From Gammaproteobacteria bacterium (lineage in GTDB: Bacteria > Pseudomonadota > Gammaproteobacteria > Eutrophobiales > Eutrophobiaceae): a stretch of 64,000 bases of DNA. The notes under the pieces are model-generated. The model ran no database searches, was not told where the DNA came from, and saw only the letters and a list, made by a program, of their open reading frames with translations. Made by a program: the position numbers and the translations under genes. Of this stretch, positions 39,593 to 50,488 are shown one piece after another. Every line of letters starts with the position of its first letter. Within the stretch, counting starts at the first letter, position 1. The DNA is taken from assembly GCA_965243205.1 (NCBI GenBank), contig CBDEUK010000002.1:1152001-1216000 (forward strand), in the 5' to 3' direction.

Positions 39593-39645
39593 ATTCGAGA
39601 ATTTGATGACTTGCGAATAGATGAAGTTTCAGGTCAAATAACACT

Positions 39646-40026
39646 ATGGATACTGAAGATAACGCAATACATATTGAAGTAGAAACCAACTACATCGAAG
39701 AACAATCAGAACCTGAATCTGAACGTTTTGTCTTTGCTTATACCATAGAAATCATTAATAACAGCGATATCGCTACTCGCCTTTTAAGTCGTCATTGGAT
39801 CGTAACAGATGCAAATTACAAACAACAAGAAGTGAATGGTGAAGGTGTTGTTGGTCAACAACCTTATATACTTCCAGGTGAATCCTTTAAATACACCAGT
39901 GCGGCAATGATAGAAACACCTGTAGGAAGTATGCATGGGAGTTATCAAATGGTTGATGATGAAGGTCAAATCTTTGATGCACCAATCCCAGCGTTCAATC
40001 TTTCCACTCCTAATAGTATTCATTAA
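39646..40026 (+). CDS. apaG: ApaG protein
   Basis: FVFAYTI, RHWIVTD, GEGVVGQQP, GSMHGSY. Confidence 0.96.
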   Translation: MDTEDNAIHIEVETNYIEEQSEPESERFVFAYTIEIINNSDIATRLLSRHWIVTDANYKQQEVNGEGVVGQQPYILPGESFKYTSAAMIETPVGSMHGSYQMVDDEGQIFDAPIPAFNLSTPNSIH

Positions 40027-40034
40027 TCTTTTTC

Positions 40035-40868
40035 ATGGCTATCTATGCCATAGGTGATTTGCAAGGCTGTTACGATGAGTTAATGGATTTATTGCATGAA
40101 ATCAATTTTGATGAAAGGAATGATCAACTTTGGTTTGCTGGTGATCTCATTAATCGTGGCCCAAAATCTTTAGAGTGCTTAAAGTTTGTTTTCAATCACC
40201 CTATAAATTGTAAGACTGTTTTAGGTAATCATGATTTGCACTTTATTGCTTTGTCTTATGGCGTTCGACAACCTCATAAAAGCGATACACTGGATGAACT
40301 CTTAAATTCAAAAAACAGAAATAAATATATAACATGGTATAAACAACAACCATTTCTATTGCATGATGAAGATTCAAATTTTTATTTACTTCATGCAGGT
40401 TTACCACCTCAATGGGATATACAGCTTAGTATTGAATTAGCAAACGAAACTTCGCAATTCTTACAAAGCAATGAGTTCGATAAATTTATTCACTCTATGT
40501 ATGGAAACAAACCTGTTTTATGGCAAGACGATTTAATTGGTTATGAACGTTTTCGATTTATTATTAACTGCTTCACTAGATTAAGGTATTGCAATAAAGA
40601 CGGTTCATTAGAATTTAAATATAAAGAAGCTCCAGGGACACAAAACGAATATTTATTTCCCTGGTATTCTCATAAAGCAAGAAAGAGTAAAAACAGCAAG
40701 ATTTTATTTGGTCATTGGTCTACAGTTACTTTGGGGAAAGATAAGGACTTTTCAATTTGGAATGCGTATCCTCTAGATACAGGTTGTTTATGGGGAGGAA
40801 GTTTAACGGCATTACGACTTGAAGATGAGACCTTATTTAAAGTTCCTTCACGACAAAAAAACAAATAA
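40035..40868 (+). CDS. apaH: Symmetrical Ap4A hydrolase
   Basis: GDLQGC, GDLINRGP, LGNHD, HAG, FGHW, LDTGCLWGG. Confidence 0.96.
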   Translation: MAIYAIGDLQGCYDELMDLLHEINFDERNDQLWFAGDLINRGPKSLECLKFVFNHPINCKTVLGNHDLHFIALSYGVRQPHKSDTLDELLNSKNRNKYITWYKQQPFLLHDEDSNFYLLHAGLPPQWDIQLSIELANETSQFLQSNEFDKFIHSMYGNKPVLWQDDLIGYERFRFIINCFTRLRYCNKDGSLEFKYKEAPGTQNEYLFPWYSHKARKSKNSKILFGHWSTVTLGKDKDFSIWNAYPLDTGCLWGGSLTALRLEDETLFKVPSRQKNK

Positions 40869-40885
40869 AAACTAGAGATAAATAA

Positions 40886-42952
40886 ATGTTAAAAAAACTC
40901 TGCTTTTCACAAGAAGTATTGAAACAGTGTTTTTGGTTTTTAATTCTCACCTCTTGGATTCCTATCATTGCTTCTTATCTAGTGTTCCCTGAGTTGGAAC
41001 TAAGCAATGAATATAAATTTACCATTCTCATACCAGAACCAATTCAGTTGAATAACAGTTGGTTCAGTATCAATTATGTATTTTTCATATTGTGTGTTGG
41101 CTTAGGATTCTATTTAAAAAATGTAAAAGATGATAATAAAACACCTTATTTCATAATCACGCTCTCTTTATTATTTAGTGGATTCATTCCCTATTTTAAT
41201 GGTTTGAATTCTTTAACTCCCACTCAAGCGATCTTTTATACATTATATCTCCTAGCTTTTTTAATTTCTTTTTACAACTATTTAAAATATTCGTCTCTGT
41301 TTAGTATCTCTTTCGGTGTATTTTGTACGCTGTTATTTTTTGATTCGCTTATTCCCTATCTAATCTGGTTTACAAGTCTTATTGGCATTATCAGCAGCGA
41401 ACAAAAAGAATTATTTCTGATTGACAATCATTCTTTTTTTGGATTGTTTTATGAGTTGTACTCTATCGGTTTTATAAAGACGATTTTATTTATTTTATCT
41501 TTTGTATTGGTACGAATTTTTTATAAGGCTTGGTCAGATAACAAACAGTTTTATAAAAAATTAAATACAGCGGATAAATGGTCATACTTTATTAACACAC
41601 TAAAACTTTGGTATCCCGTATTTGTATTTTTTATAACCTGTACATTATTTTTTCAGTATTTCATGAATCCTTGGATAGCATCCTATACGCTAGATAAGCT
41701 TAATGAACATACTATATTAAACACATTAAACGAGAAGAAACGTCCTGATAATCTTGAATTAGCATTTTTAATGATTAATCAAATATCGATTGATAAACAG
41801 ATTAAAGATACTAAAACATACATAAAAAAACTAACGAAAGCCGTAGACCAGTCACCACAGGGCATACATGACAAACTTGATAAGGATTTACCCAATACGA
41901 TATTTAAAAAGAAAGAATGTGGTTGGGATCCCGTTTTATGTCCGATTATTAATGCCACTAAGTCTTTGGGTAATAAAATATATCGTTCTTCGAAACGAAA
42001 AAAACTACGCTCGATAAAATATGAACTGGAAGAATTAGCCGATGGTTCTAATAAACTATCAAAGAAGATGCAAGATGCTATTATCTTAAAATTAAATCAG
42101 TTAAAAAATATCACAACCACAGCGATTAATTCATTATTTAAACTCTGGGGATTATTTTCATTTTTAATGTTTCTTTATGGCGTGATTATTTTAATCAAAA
42201 CATTTTTAATGGTTTGCTCTCGTATCTGTTTTTCTCCAGAAACGGAAAATACAGCGTCATTCAATACTGAATCTTATAAAAACAAAACGGGTAAAATAAT
42301 TCGTCTTAAAGATAAATTTACCTTAAAACCATCTGACAACAATAAATTCTATTTTTGTAGAAACTCTATAACTGTATCAGGCGCACCTCCAGCCAGAAAA
42401 ACACCGCAAATATTTACTGCAATTTTACAACGTCTATTTCATAAACGATGGGGATTGAATTATGTCGATCCTAGTTTAACTAGTGATGGCGTTACAATTA
42501 CTGTTGCAAAACCCAGCGAATTTGTGAGGTGGAATATTGCTGAAGGTGAAAAAGTCTTTTTTCACTTTGCAGACTTCGTTGGTATGTCAAGCAATGCAAA
42601 AATCAAACGCCATGTCTCATTAAGTGTCTCTACACTATTGTTTGGTCGCATTATTTATCATTACATCGAAGGGCCAGGAATATTATTTTTAAAGACCAAA
42701 GCTCAACCCACAGTTTCTCCTGAAAAAGAAGCTTTGTCAGGCCAGAATTCGGCACTGCTAGTTGCTTGGAATAATGATGTGAATTTTAAGATCAATGCTA
42801 GTCGCACTGTAGTCGACACTTTATTCAGTGATTATCACATTAAACCAAATAAAGAAAATGAGCTCATTGTTATGGATTTATCAGAAGAACGCGGTACCTC
42901 GACAGCAGCAGGCGTTGGTCGATTTTTAAAAAGCTTTGCTTTTCCAGTATAA
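40886..42952 (+). CDS. Polytopic membrane protein with a C-terminal AIM24/DUF124-like region
   Basis: About 8-9 hydrophobic segments; C-terminal IAEGEKVFF...FVGMS...TLLFGRIIYHYIEGPGILFLKT resembles AIM24 repeats. Confidence 0.55.
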   Translation: MLKKLCFSQEVLKQCFWFLILTSWIPIIASYLVFPELELSNEYKFTILIPEPIQLNNSWFSINYVFFILCVGLGFYLKNVKDDNKTPYFIITLSLLFSGFIPYFNGLNSLTPTQAIFYTLYLLAFLISFYNYLKYSSLFSISFGVFCTLLFFDSLIPYLIWFTSLIGIISSEQKELFLIDNHSFFGLFYELYSIGFIKTILFILSFVLVRIFYKAWSDNKQFYKKLNTADKWSYFINTLKLWYPVFVFFITCTLFFQYFMNPWIASYTLDKLNEHTILNTLNEKKRPDNLELAFLMINQISIDKQIKDTKTYIKKLTKAVDQSPQGIHDKLDKDLPNTIFKKKECGWDPVLCPIINATKSLGNKIYRSSKRKKLRSIKYELEELADGSNKLSKKMQDAIILKLNQLKNITTTAINSLFKLWGLFSFLMFLYGVIILIKTFLMVCSRICFSPETENTASFNTESYKNKTGKIIRLKDKFTLKPSDNNKFYFCRNSITVSGAPPARKTPQIFTAILQRLFHKRWGLNYVDPSLTSDGVTITVAKPSEFVRWNIAEGEKVFFHFADFVGMSSNAKIKRHVSLSVSTLLFGRIIYHYIEGPGILFLKTKAQPTVSPEKEALSGQNSALLVAWNNDVNFKINASRTVVDTLFSDYHIKPNKENELIVMDLSEERGTSTAAGVGRFLKSFAFPV

Positions 42953-42961
42953 ATTTAAATC

Positions 42962-43405
42962 CTAACCTAACCAATTATTATATTTTATTGCACATTCTTT
43001 TATATATTCAGCTCTCGATGCTGGATCGCCTGTAATGGGTACGTCACCAGAACCATTGGTTAATAAGTTATAAGCTGCTAAAACCGATTCTGGTTTTACA
43101 TACCTTGCAGCCCAACAATCAGCTCTATCTTCTAAACTTTTAGGATAAACATTAGGCGGTAGAGGGGTATCGTAATACACGTGATGAGCATAGGTTTGAC
43201 TCATGAAAAAATCACAGGCTTCCCCTATTTGTTCACAATAAACAGGATTATAGACAACGGATGTTCCAAACTCAGGATGCGCTCGATACAAAGAAATATA
43301 TTTTAGATTTTTATCAGGTACTTCCCAAATATGCCTAGTTGCTGGAGCACATGCAAAGAGTACTGAAGTAAGAACGAATAATAATAATAGCTTTAATGGC
43401 TGCAT
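42962..43405 (-). CDS. Hypothetical lipoprotein
   Basis: Lipobox LFAC; four further cysteines; EDRADCWAA. Confidence 0.7.
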   Translation of the reverse strand: MQPLKLLLLFVLTSVLFACAPATRHIWEVPDKNLKYISLYRAHPEFGTSVVYNPVYCEQIGEACDFFMSQTYAHHVYYDTPLPPNVYPKSLEDRADCWAARYVKPESVLAAYNLLTNGSGDVPITGDPASRAEYIKECAIKYNNWLG

Positions 43406-43433
43406 AATTCTTGTCTCACTTGTTGGATTTTGT

Positions 43434-43931
43434 TCAACTTACATTGTTAATCTTCTCTAGGACAACAAAACTATAATCATGTTCATTTTTTTCATCGGCA
43501 AAATGATCTTCTCTACTGATTTCTTGCCACTGTGAACGATCTAGCTCAGGAAATTCGATATTACCTTTCACTTCAGCATATACTTCCGTCAAATAAAGCT
43601 TATCAGCTTTGGATAAAATTTGACGATAGATTTCTGCACCTCCCATGATCATAACTTCATCCTGTCCTTTACAAAAAATAACTATATCATCGATATCATG
43701 GATCACAGTACATCCTTCAGCACTATACGATCTATCGTGAGTGATGATTATATTTTCTCTACCTGGTAATGGCCGACCAATCGATTCATGAGTTTTCCTT
43801 CCCATAATAATAGGCTTGCCCATTGTAATTTCCTTAAAACGTTTAAGATCGGACGATAAACGCCAAGGCAAATCATTGTCCATACCAATAATATTATTGC
43901 GATCCATCGCTACAATAATTGAAATTTTCAT
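43434..43931 (-). CDS. folA: Dihydrofolate reductase
   Basis: IGMDNDLPW, IMGRKT, GRPLPGRENI, IMGGAEIY. Confidence 0.97.
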   Translation of the reverse strand: MKISIIVAMDRNNIIGMDNDLPWRLSSDLKRFKEITMGKPIIMGRKTHESIGRPLPGRENIIITHDRSYSAEGCTVIHDIDDIVIFCKGQDEVMIMGGAEIYRQILSKADKLYLTEVYAEVKGNIEFPELDRSQWQEISREDHFADEKNEHDYSFVVLEKINNVS

Positions 43932-43943
43932 TTAATAGATATT

Positions 43944-46900
43944 TTAATATTTATAATTTTTATAATTTAATCGGAATAAGAAACTATATAACACAGGCAC
44001 TAATATCAAAGTTAGTAATGTCGCAAATGCTAAACCAAAGATAATTGAAATCGCCATAGGCTTAAACATTGCTGTACCACCCCACCATAAAGGCAGCAAA
44101 CCTAATATTGTGGTTGCTGTCGTTAATAAAATAGGTCTTAATCGTTGCAGACACGCAGAGATAACAGCTTCTTGAGCTTGTTTACCCAACTCTTCCATTT
44201 CAATTTTTATACGATCTAACAAGACGATTGCATTATTAATGATAATGCCAGATAAAGAAATCACACCTAGGATTGTAAAAAAACCAAATGAAGAATTAGC
44301 AATGAATAACCCATACGCAACACCAATAATACCCAGAGGTATGGTTGTTAAAATAATAAATGGTCGACGTACTGAATTAAATTGGCCAACTAATAATAAT
44401 AAAATCACCATTAAGGCTATCGGTAATTTTGCTCCAATAGATGCATTGGCATCACCAGAATCTTCTGTTTCACCGCCTTCTTCGTATATATAACCTTTCG
44501 GCCATTGAGTTTGAGCTTGTTGCAACCAAGGTGAAAACGTCTCATTAATTTCAGCTGCTGTTGCATCAGCATGAATTAGTGCTTGGATAGTCATAGTACG
44601 AGTACGATCACGCCGTTCAATTTTTCCTGGTTCAAAAACCAATCGCACATCAGCAACTTGCTTCAAGGGTACTGAATTACCAGTCGATTGTGAATATACA
44701 CTCGTACCATCCAACTTACTGATATCTTGTCTATCAGCAGCTATTGAACGTAACGTAACAGGAATGATCTTATCGCCTTCTCGATATTCAGTCATTTCTA
44801 TTCCAGATAAACTGGCCTTAAGTGAATAAGCAACATCATCACTAGTAACACCAGCTCGTCTCGCTCTTTCTTGATCAACTTCAACCAATAGTTTTTTGGT
44901 TTTTTTCCCCCAGGTATTTTTAACCGATGATACTAAGGGTTCTTCATATAAACGATTAACAACTTCTTCAGAAATTTTATAGAGTTGATTAAATTCAGGA
45001 CCTGATAAACGCACTTGTATAGGATAACCAACCGGCGGACCATTTTCTAAACGGCTTAGCTTTATTCGTAAATCAGGATGATGAGTTTTCGCATAATCTT
45101 CAATACCTTTGATTACCTCTTCTACGTATTTTCCATCCGTTGTATTAGCAATAAAAAATGAATTGGCAGGATTCGAATTAGGAGGATCAATACCAAGAGC
45201 AAACCTTGGCCCACCATCACCAATATAGCTTAACCAATTACTCAACTTAGGCGGCTGTTCTTTAGAATTAACAAAGGTTTTTTCTATATACTGATCTACA
45301 TCAGCCATTACCGCTTGGCTTGTTTCAATTGATGTGCCTAATGGCATTTCAAATGAACCATTAAAAACTGGATCTTCAGATGGCTCAATGAATATTTTTG
45401 GAACGACACCTAATACTTGAATCGATGAATAAAAGATACCAACAATTAATAATCCAAAAATAAATTTATGTTTTAAAGAAGCAATTAATAATCTCTTATA
45501 AAAACTATAATAGATTGAATTAAACTGTTCTTGTATAGGTTTTGAGTTAGTCTTTTTTAATGCCTTCGCCGACAACATCGGAATGATCGTCATCGCCAAG
45601 AACCATGATGTTAATAACGTAATCGTAACGACATAAAAGATATCTGCAGTATATTCACCGACTGCAGATTCAGCCAATGCTATAGGCATAAATGCTGCAC
45701 CTGTCGTTAAAGATGACACTAGTAATGGCAATAATAACTCTCTTCCAGATTCAATCGCTGCATCAACAGACGACAAACCTTGTTCAGATTTTACAATCAC
45801 CGATTCCACCATGACAATTGCATTATCAACCAGTAAACCTAAGGAAATAATCAATGCTGCTAATGAAATTTGATTAATAGTAATGCCAAATATTTGCATG
45901 ACATATAATGAAATAATCATTGCACTTGGGATTAAGGTTGCAACAACAATACCTGTACGTAATCCTAAAAATAAAATCATTACTGCACAAACAATAACTA
46001 TGGCTTGTAATAAATTATTTAAAAAATTATTAACATTCGTTTTAACTAAATTTGCTTGAAACCAGATTTTTTCCAACTCAATACCCCAAGGATATTGAGC
46101 TTGTATATCAGGTATCACTCTATCTAAGACATCACCTAGTTTTAAGATATCACCTCCCTCTTGCATGGAAATTGCGATAGATAAAGCAGGCTTACCATTA
46201 ACTCTCGCAATACTTTTAGGAGGATCAGTGTAATCTCGATAAATATTTGTAATATCACCTAAATATACGACTTCACCATTAGGTAATTGGATCACTGTTC
46301 TTTGTAAATCTTCTAATGATTCAAAGTTTCCAGTAGGTTCTAGTACAATACGTTCACGGCCAGTTATGATATTACCGCCTGATGAAAGTATATTAGCTGT
46401 TGTTAAAACCCCTGATAACTGTTGTGGAGAAACACCAAGCTCAGTTAAGCGTGCATTATTATATTCAACGAATATAACTTCTTCTTGGGCACCATGAATT
46501 TCTACTTTTGCGACAGCAGGTATCTTAAGTAATTGATCTCGAATATCATCGGCAACCGTTTTTAATTCAGCATAACTATATCCATCGCCTGTTAAGCTAT
46601 AAACACTGCCAAATACATCACCAAATTCATCATTCACATAAGGTCCATCAACTCCTTGAGGTAGATCTGGTGTTACATCTTCTACTTTACGCCTTAAATC
46701 ATCGAAAATTGGGCGCATGTTTTTATAGGATTCAAGAAAGTTAACATTAATGATCGAAATACCATTACGCGATTCACTGGTAATAAAATCAATTTCCGGC
46801 ATTTCTTGAATTTTCTTTTCAAGTTTATCGGTAACTAATAATTCAACACGTTCAGGATTTGCGCCTGGCAGACGTGTTGTAACGACAGCGACTCGAATAG

Positions 46901-47021
46901 TAAAGCCAGGGTCTTGTGCCTTGGGTAATTGAACAAAAGCCGATATACCACTTAAGATTAAGATCGTAACTAAGATCAAAACCACGCGGTCATAACGAAA
47001 TGCAATCTGCGTTAAACTCAT
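43944..47021 (-). CDS. RND efflux permease
   Basis: 1025 aa; GLLVDNAIVMVE, RLRPILLTT. Confidence 0.95.
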   Translation of the reverse strand: MSLTQIAFRYDRVVLILVTILILSGISAFVQLPKAQDPGFTIRVAVVTTRLPGANPERVELLVTDKLEKKIQEMPEIDFITSESRNGISIINVNFLESYKNMRPIFDDLRRKVEDVTPDLPQGVDGPYVNDEFGDVFGSVYSLTGDGYSYAELKTVADDIRDQLLKIPAVAKVEIHGAQEEVIFVEYNNARLTELGVSPQQLSGVLTTANILSSGGNIITGRERIVLEPTGNFESLEDLQRTVIQLPNGEVVYLGDITNIYRDYTDPPKSIARVNGKPALSIAISMQEGGDILKLGDVLDRVIPDIQAQYPWGIELEKIWFQANLVKTNVNNFLNNLLQAIVIVCAVMILFLGLRTGIVVATLIPSAMIISLYVMQIFGITINQISLAALIISLGLLVDNAIVMVESVIVKSEQGLSSVDAAIESGRELLLPLLVSSLTTGAAFMPIALAESAVGEYTADIFYVVTITLLTSWFLAMTIIPMLSAKALKKTNSKPIQEQFNSIYYSFYKRLLIASLKHKFIFGLLIVGIFYSSIQVLGVVPKIFIEPSEDPVFNGSFEMPLGTSIETSQAVMADVDQYIEKTFVNSKEQPPKLSNWLSYIGDGGPRFALGIDPPNSNPANSFFIANTTDGKYVEEVIKGIEDYAKTHHPDLRIKLSRLENGPPVGYPIQVRLSGPEFNQLYKISEEVVNRLYEEPLVSSVKNTWGKKTKKLLVEVDQERARRAGVTSDDVAYSLKASLSGIEMTEYREGDKIIPVTLRSIAADRQDISKLDGTSVYSQSTGNSVPLKQVADVRLVFEPGKIERRDRTRTMTIQALIHADATAAEINETFSPWLQQAQTQWPKGYIYEEGGETEDSGDANASIGAKLPIALMVILLLLVGQFNSVRRPFIILTTIPLGIIGVAYGLFIANSSFGFFTILGVISLSGIIINNAIVLLDRIKIEMEELGKQAQEAVISACLQRLRPILLTTATTILGLLPLWWGGTAMFKPMAISIIFGLAFATLLTLILVPVLYSFLFRLNYKNYKY

Positions 47022-47023
47022 AA

Positions 47024-48124
47024 CTAATCAATTAACACTTCTAAGTTATCTCGAATCACATTAACGCCAGCAGTAATAACTTTATCACCTTCACTCACAC
47101 CATCTATTATCTCTAAACCTTGAGGTGTAAGTTCACCTACAACAACGGATCGTCGTTTAACAACAGCTATACCTTCTTGATCTGATTGAGTTGCTAAAAA
47201 AACATATTCACCAATAGTATCTTTACCAACTGCAACTGCAGGGATAATAATATGCTCTTGCTTTTTATCAGCATCAAATTCAAATGAAACTTGGGCTGCC
47301 AGCCCTGAACGAAAACCATCAGGTTTATCGTTTAATGCTACTGTTACAGGATACGTTGCACCTGAAGTGGCCGCTACTCCAACCTCAGTTACTGTAGCGG
47401 CATAACGTTTATTAGGCATTGCACTAAAACTTACTGTTGATTTCATACCGCGTTTGATCAATGCGATCATACTTTCCGGTATGGACAAATCGACTTCTAA
47501 ACGGTCACCACAAGTTACAGCAACAATGGTTTGACCTGCTGTAATATTTTCATTGACCTCAGTCAATACCTGAGCCACGTTACATGCTTCATTAGCTTTT
47601 AATTTGGTATAAGAAACATTTAAGCGCGCTAGCTCAAGTGCCTTTCTAGCGGCACGTACTTGTGCAGCACTAGATTCTGAGGAAGCTCTAGCTGCATCTA
47701 AATCGTTTCTCGAAGCATTATTGTTTTCATACAAGCCTTTTACACGTTCAAAGCTTGCTTGCATATTTCTTAATGTTGACTCTGCTTGTGAAAGGTTAGC
47801 TGAAGCTTGTTGAGCTTCTAGTTGATATTGTGAAGGATCAACTTGCGCTATTAATTGTCCTGACTCTAATTGTTGTCCTACTTTGATTGGGATTGATTGT
47901 ATAGATCCACTAACACGAAAACTTAAATTGGATTCTTGCCCAGCTTTTGCAAGCCCAGAAAAAGTACGTATAGTTCCTAAGTCTAATGGCGAAACAGTAA
48001 CGTACCTTACAGGCCTTAATGCTGGTTCAATGATTTGTTCATCATCAGTATTATTGTTACAAGCTGTTAACAATAGAATGAATGCAAACATAAAATATTT
48101 ACATAATCGATTCATAAACTTCAC
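47024..48124 (-). CDS. RND periplasmic adaptor (lipoprotein)
   Basis: Lipobox LTAC; LSFRVSGSI; coiled-coil hairpin. Confidence 0.92.
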   Translation of the reverse strand: MKFMNRLCKYFMFAFILLLTACNNNTDDEQIIEPALRPVRYVTVSPLDLGTIRTFSGLAKAGQESNLSFRVSGSIQSIPIKVGQQLESGQLIAQVDPSQYQLEAQQASANLSQAESTLRNMQASFERVKGLYENNNASRNDLDAARASSESSAAQVRAARKALELARLNVSYTKLKANEACNVAQVLTEVNENITAGQTIVAVTCGDRLEVDLSIPESMIALIKRGMKSTVSFSAMPNKRYAATVTEVGVAATSGATYPVTVALNDKPDGFRSGLAAQVSFEFDADKKQEHIIIPAVAVGKDTIGEYVFLATQSDQEGIAVVKRRSVVVGELTPQGLEIIDGVSEGDKVITAGVNVIRDNLEVLID

Positions 48125-48143
48125 CTTAGATAAAAACTATTTA

Positions 48144-50486
48144 CTAATTATTTGATTGATAATATAGATTCAAATCTTGATACCAAGAGTCTAGACCTCC
48201 AGGACTAAGTAACACATCAAAATTTGCAACTGCTCTTTGTATATTGATCCAATCAATCATAAATGAATATTGAGCCTCTATAGAGGACAAATTTGCAGCT
48301 AATGTAGCATCTTGAGCATTGATTAAATCAGTAATTGAAACAACACCTTTCGAATATGAATCAATCACTAACGATAAGTTTTCTTCCGCTGCAGTGGCAG
48401 CATCTCTAGACAATCTTATAGCAGGATAACTACCACTGGCTTGTTGTAACGCTGCTAGTACTCTCGTTTCAATTTGTTGTTTAATATTGTGCATACGATA
48501 TTGGCTTTGGACCAAACTATTATTGGCTCGTGAGACTTCAGCTTTACGTGCACCACCAGCAAACAATGGTAAAGTGGCTTGCAAACCAAGAGTCCAATTA
48601 TCATCTGTAAAATTATTATTATTCTCACCTAAACCACCGCGTTCAATGTTACGACCATACTGAGCATTGACACTGACATCTGGTACATAATATGCCCTCT
48701 TCGCAGCTAAAAGCTCACGTTGATTAGAAGAAATCAAATAATTAATTTCTTGCAATTCAGGCGAGTTATCTAATGCACGCTCTACTTCAAACTGAGTAAA
48801 CCGTTCAAAACTTAAAGGGTTATCAAAAAATCTTTTAAATCGATCACTGCCTAAGATGGTTAATAATTCTGAAATACCTTCATCACTAACAGCAATTTCC
48901 TCTGATTGTTCCATGTTTAAGATACGTTTGAGTTCAGTCTCGGCCTGATCTTTTTGAGCTTGAGAAATATAGAGATTACTTCTGTCTGTTGCCAACTGAC
49001 TTTTCCAACGTAGCATATCAGATCGATCAGAGTATCCAATCTTTAAACGTGTTTCTGCTAACTCTAAATTAGTTTCAGTAACATTGAGATTAGACTCGCG
49101 AATTTTTTCTGTTGCTTGAGTCAATAATAATTGTAAATATGCAGTAGCACTGGTTTGTATAACATCAAGTATGCTTGCTTTTAGAGCAGCATCCTCAGCT
49201 TGCTCTAAATACTTTGCAACGTCATAACCAGATCTTGCTGTTTCGGAATACAATAATTGACTAGCTGTAATGTCAGCATCTGAAGAACGTTGAGCTTGCT
49301 GAAATCCTGCTCTATCACGATCAATCTGAGTAACACCTGCACCTATATCAATTTGTGGTAATAATGGTGAGCGCGCATTATTAACTTGGTCTTGTGCTAT
49401 AGCCAAATCAAGTTTATCGATTTGTAAAGATAAGTTTGAATCAATAGCCTGTTCTACAGCATCAAGTAAATTAATCTGTGTTTTAATACCATTATCTTCT
49501 TTATACAATAAATCGGCTATCTCTAAAATTCTCCATGTAGGTGAATAACCAATAGCCCTAGCAGTTTGCATATTGATAGCTAATTTAGATGGCTGTTCTA
49601 AACCCACTTTTAAATCAGCAGGATCTGCACCTAATAAAATGCTTTGTACATATAAAGCAATTCGCCTTGCATATCGAATCGTATCAACTTCACGACCGCT
49701 TAAGGTCGCCAATAAACCTAACTCTAATTCTTGTCTTCCAAGTAAGGAAAAACTTGGAAGCTTTAATTCAATTAACCGATCTGCAACCTCAGTCATTACC
49801 GATTCATTAAAACGAAACAATGGTGGAAAATAGATTGCGTCTATACTTTGAGGTAAATCATCTGCTAATAATGAGAAAGGATCATCCATAACAGGTAAAA
49901 ATGTAATTTCAAATCCTAAATCTTTTTGTACTTGGTATGTGGTGCCTTTTAATTCAGGTAACGCTTCAATGAATAAGCGATCCACCATAATTGCCAGATG
50001 TTTAAAATTGATTAATTCGTAAAACTGGTTTAGATCTTGGGCAACCGTTCTATCATCACTGATATAAACATAATTATGTTTTCCAGTTTTACCATTATCA
50101 TATGGCAGTTTTTGCAAAGCTCGATCAGCTACAACAGGAGCAATAATCGGCTTTTTTAAATTTTTTATTTTTGAAGCTTCATGTGAACTAAGCAAGCCAT
50201 TAGCAATAATTAAATCTACATCAGGATCATTTAATAAATTATTAAGCTGAGCTTTGATGCCTGAAACTTTCCAATCACCATGCACAAGTTTGCTTTCTGG
50301 AAACTCAATTTTGAATTCTCCAGCTATCAGTTCAGTGATTTCTTTTTTTATTTGCTGAAGCGGTAATATTTCTCTTTGAATATCACCATCTAAAACGATA
50401 CCTATATTGATGGTAGATTTAGCATGTAAGCTTATATTGAAAAAAGTAAAAAAAATAAATAGAAAATATTTTAAGTTATTTTTCAC
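48144..50486 (-). CDS. TolC-family outer membrane factor with an N-terminal solute-binding-like domain
   Basis: C-terminal ~450 aa OMF repeats (PLLPQIDI, YYVPDVSV, LPLFAGG); N-terminal ~330 aa ending LAINMQTARAIGYSP, typical of ABC_sub_bind domains. Confidence 0.85.
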   Translation of the reverse strand: MKNNLKYFLFIFFTFFNISLHAKSTINIGIVLDGDIQREILPLQQIKKEITELIAGEFKIEFPESKLVHGDWKVSGIKAQLNNLLNDPDVDLIIANGLLSSHEASKIKNLKKPIIAPVVADRALQKLPYDNGKTGKHNYVYISDDRTVAQDLNQFYELINFKHLAIMVDRLFIEALPELKGTTYQVQKDLGFEITFLPVMDDPFSLLADDLPQSIDAIYFPPLFRFNESVMTEVADRLIELKLPSFSLLGRQELELGLLATLSGREVDTIRYARRIALYVQSILLGADPADLKVGLEQPSKLAINMQTARAIGYSPTWRILEIADLLYKEDNGIKTQINLLDAVEQAIDSNLSLQIDKLDLAIAQDQVNNARSPLLPQIDIGAGVTQIDRDRAGFQQAQRSSDADITASQLLYSETARSGYDVAKYLEQAEDAALKASILDVIQTSATAYLQLLLTQATEKIRESNLNVTETNLELAETRLKIGYSDRSDMLRWKSQLATDRSNLYISQAQKDQAETELKRILNMEQSEEIAVSDEGISELLTILGSDRFKRFFDNPLSFERFTQFEVERALDNSPELQEINYLISSNQRELLAAKRAYYVPDVSVNAQYGRNIERGGLGENNNNFTDDNWTLGLQATLPLFAGGARKAEVSRANNSLVQSQYRMHNIKQQIETRVLAALQQASGSYPAIRLSRDAATAAEENLSLVIDSYSKGVVSITDLINAQDATLAANLSSIEAQYSFMIDWINIQRAVANFDVLLSPGGLDSWYQDLNLYYQSNN

Positions 50487-50488
50487 TA

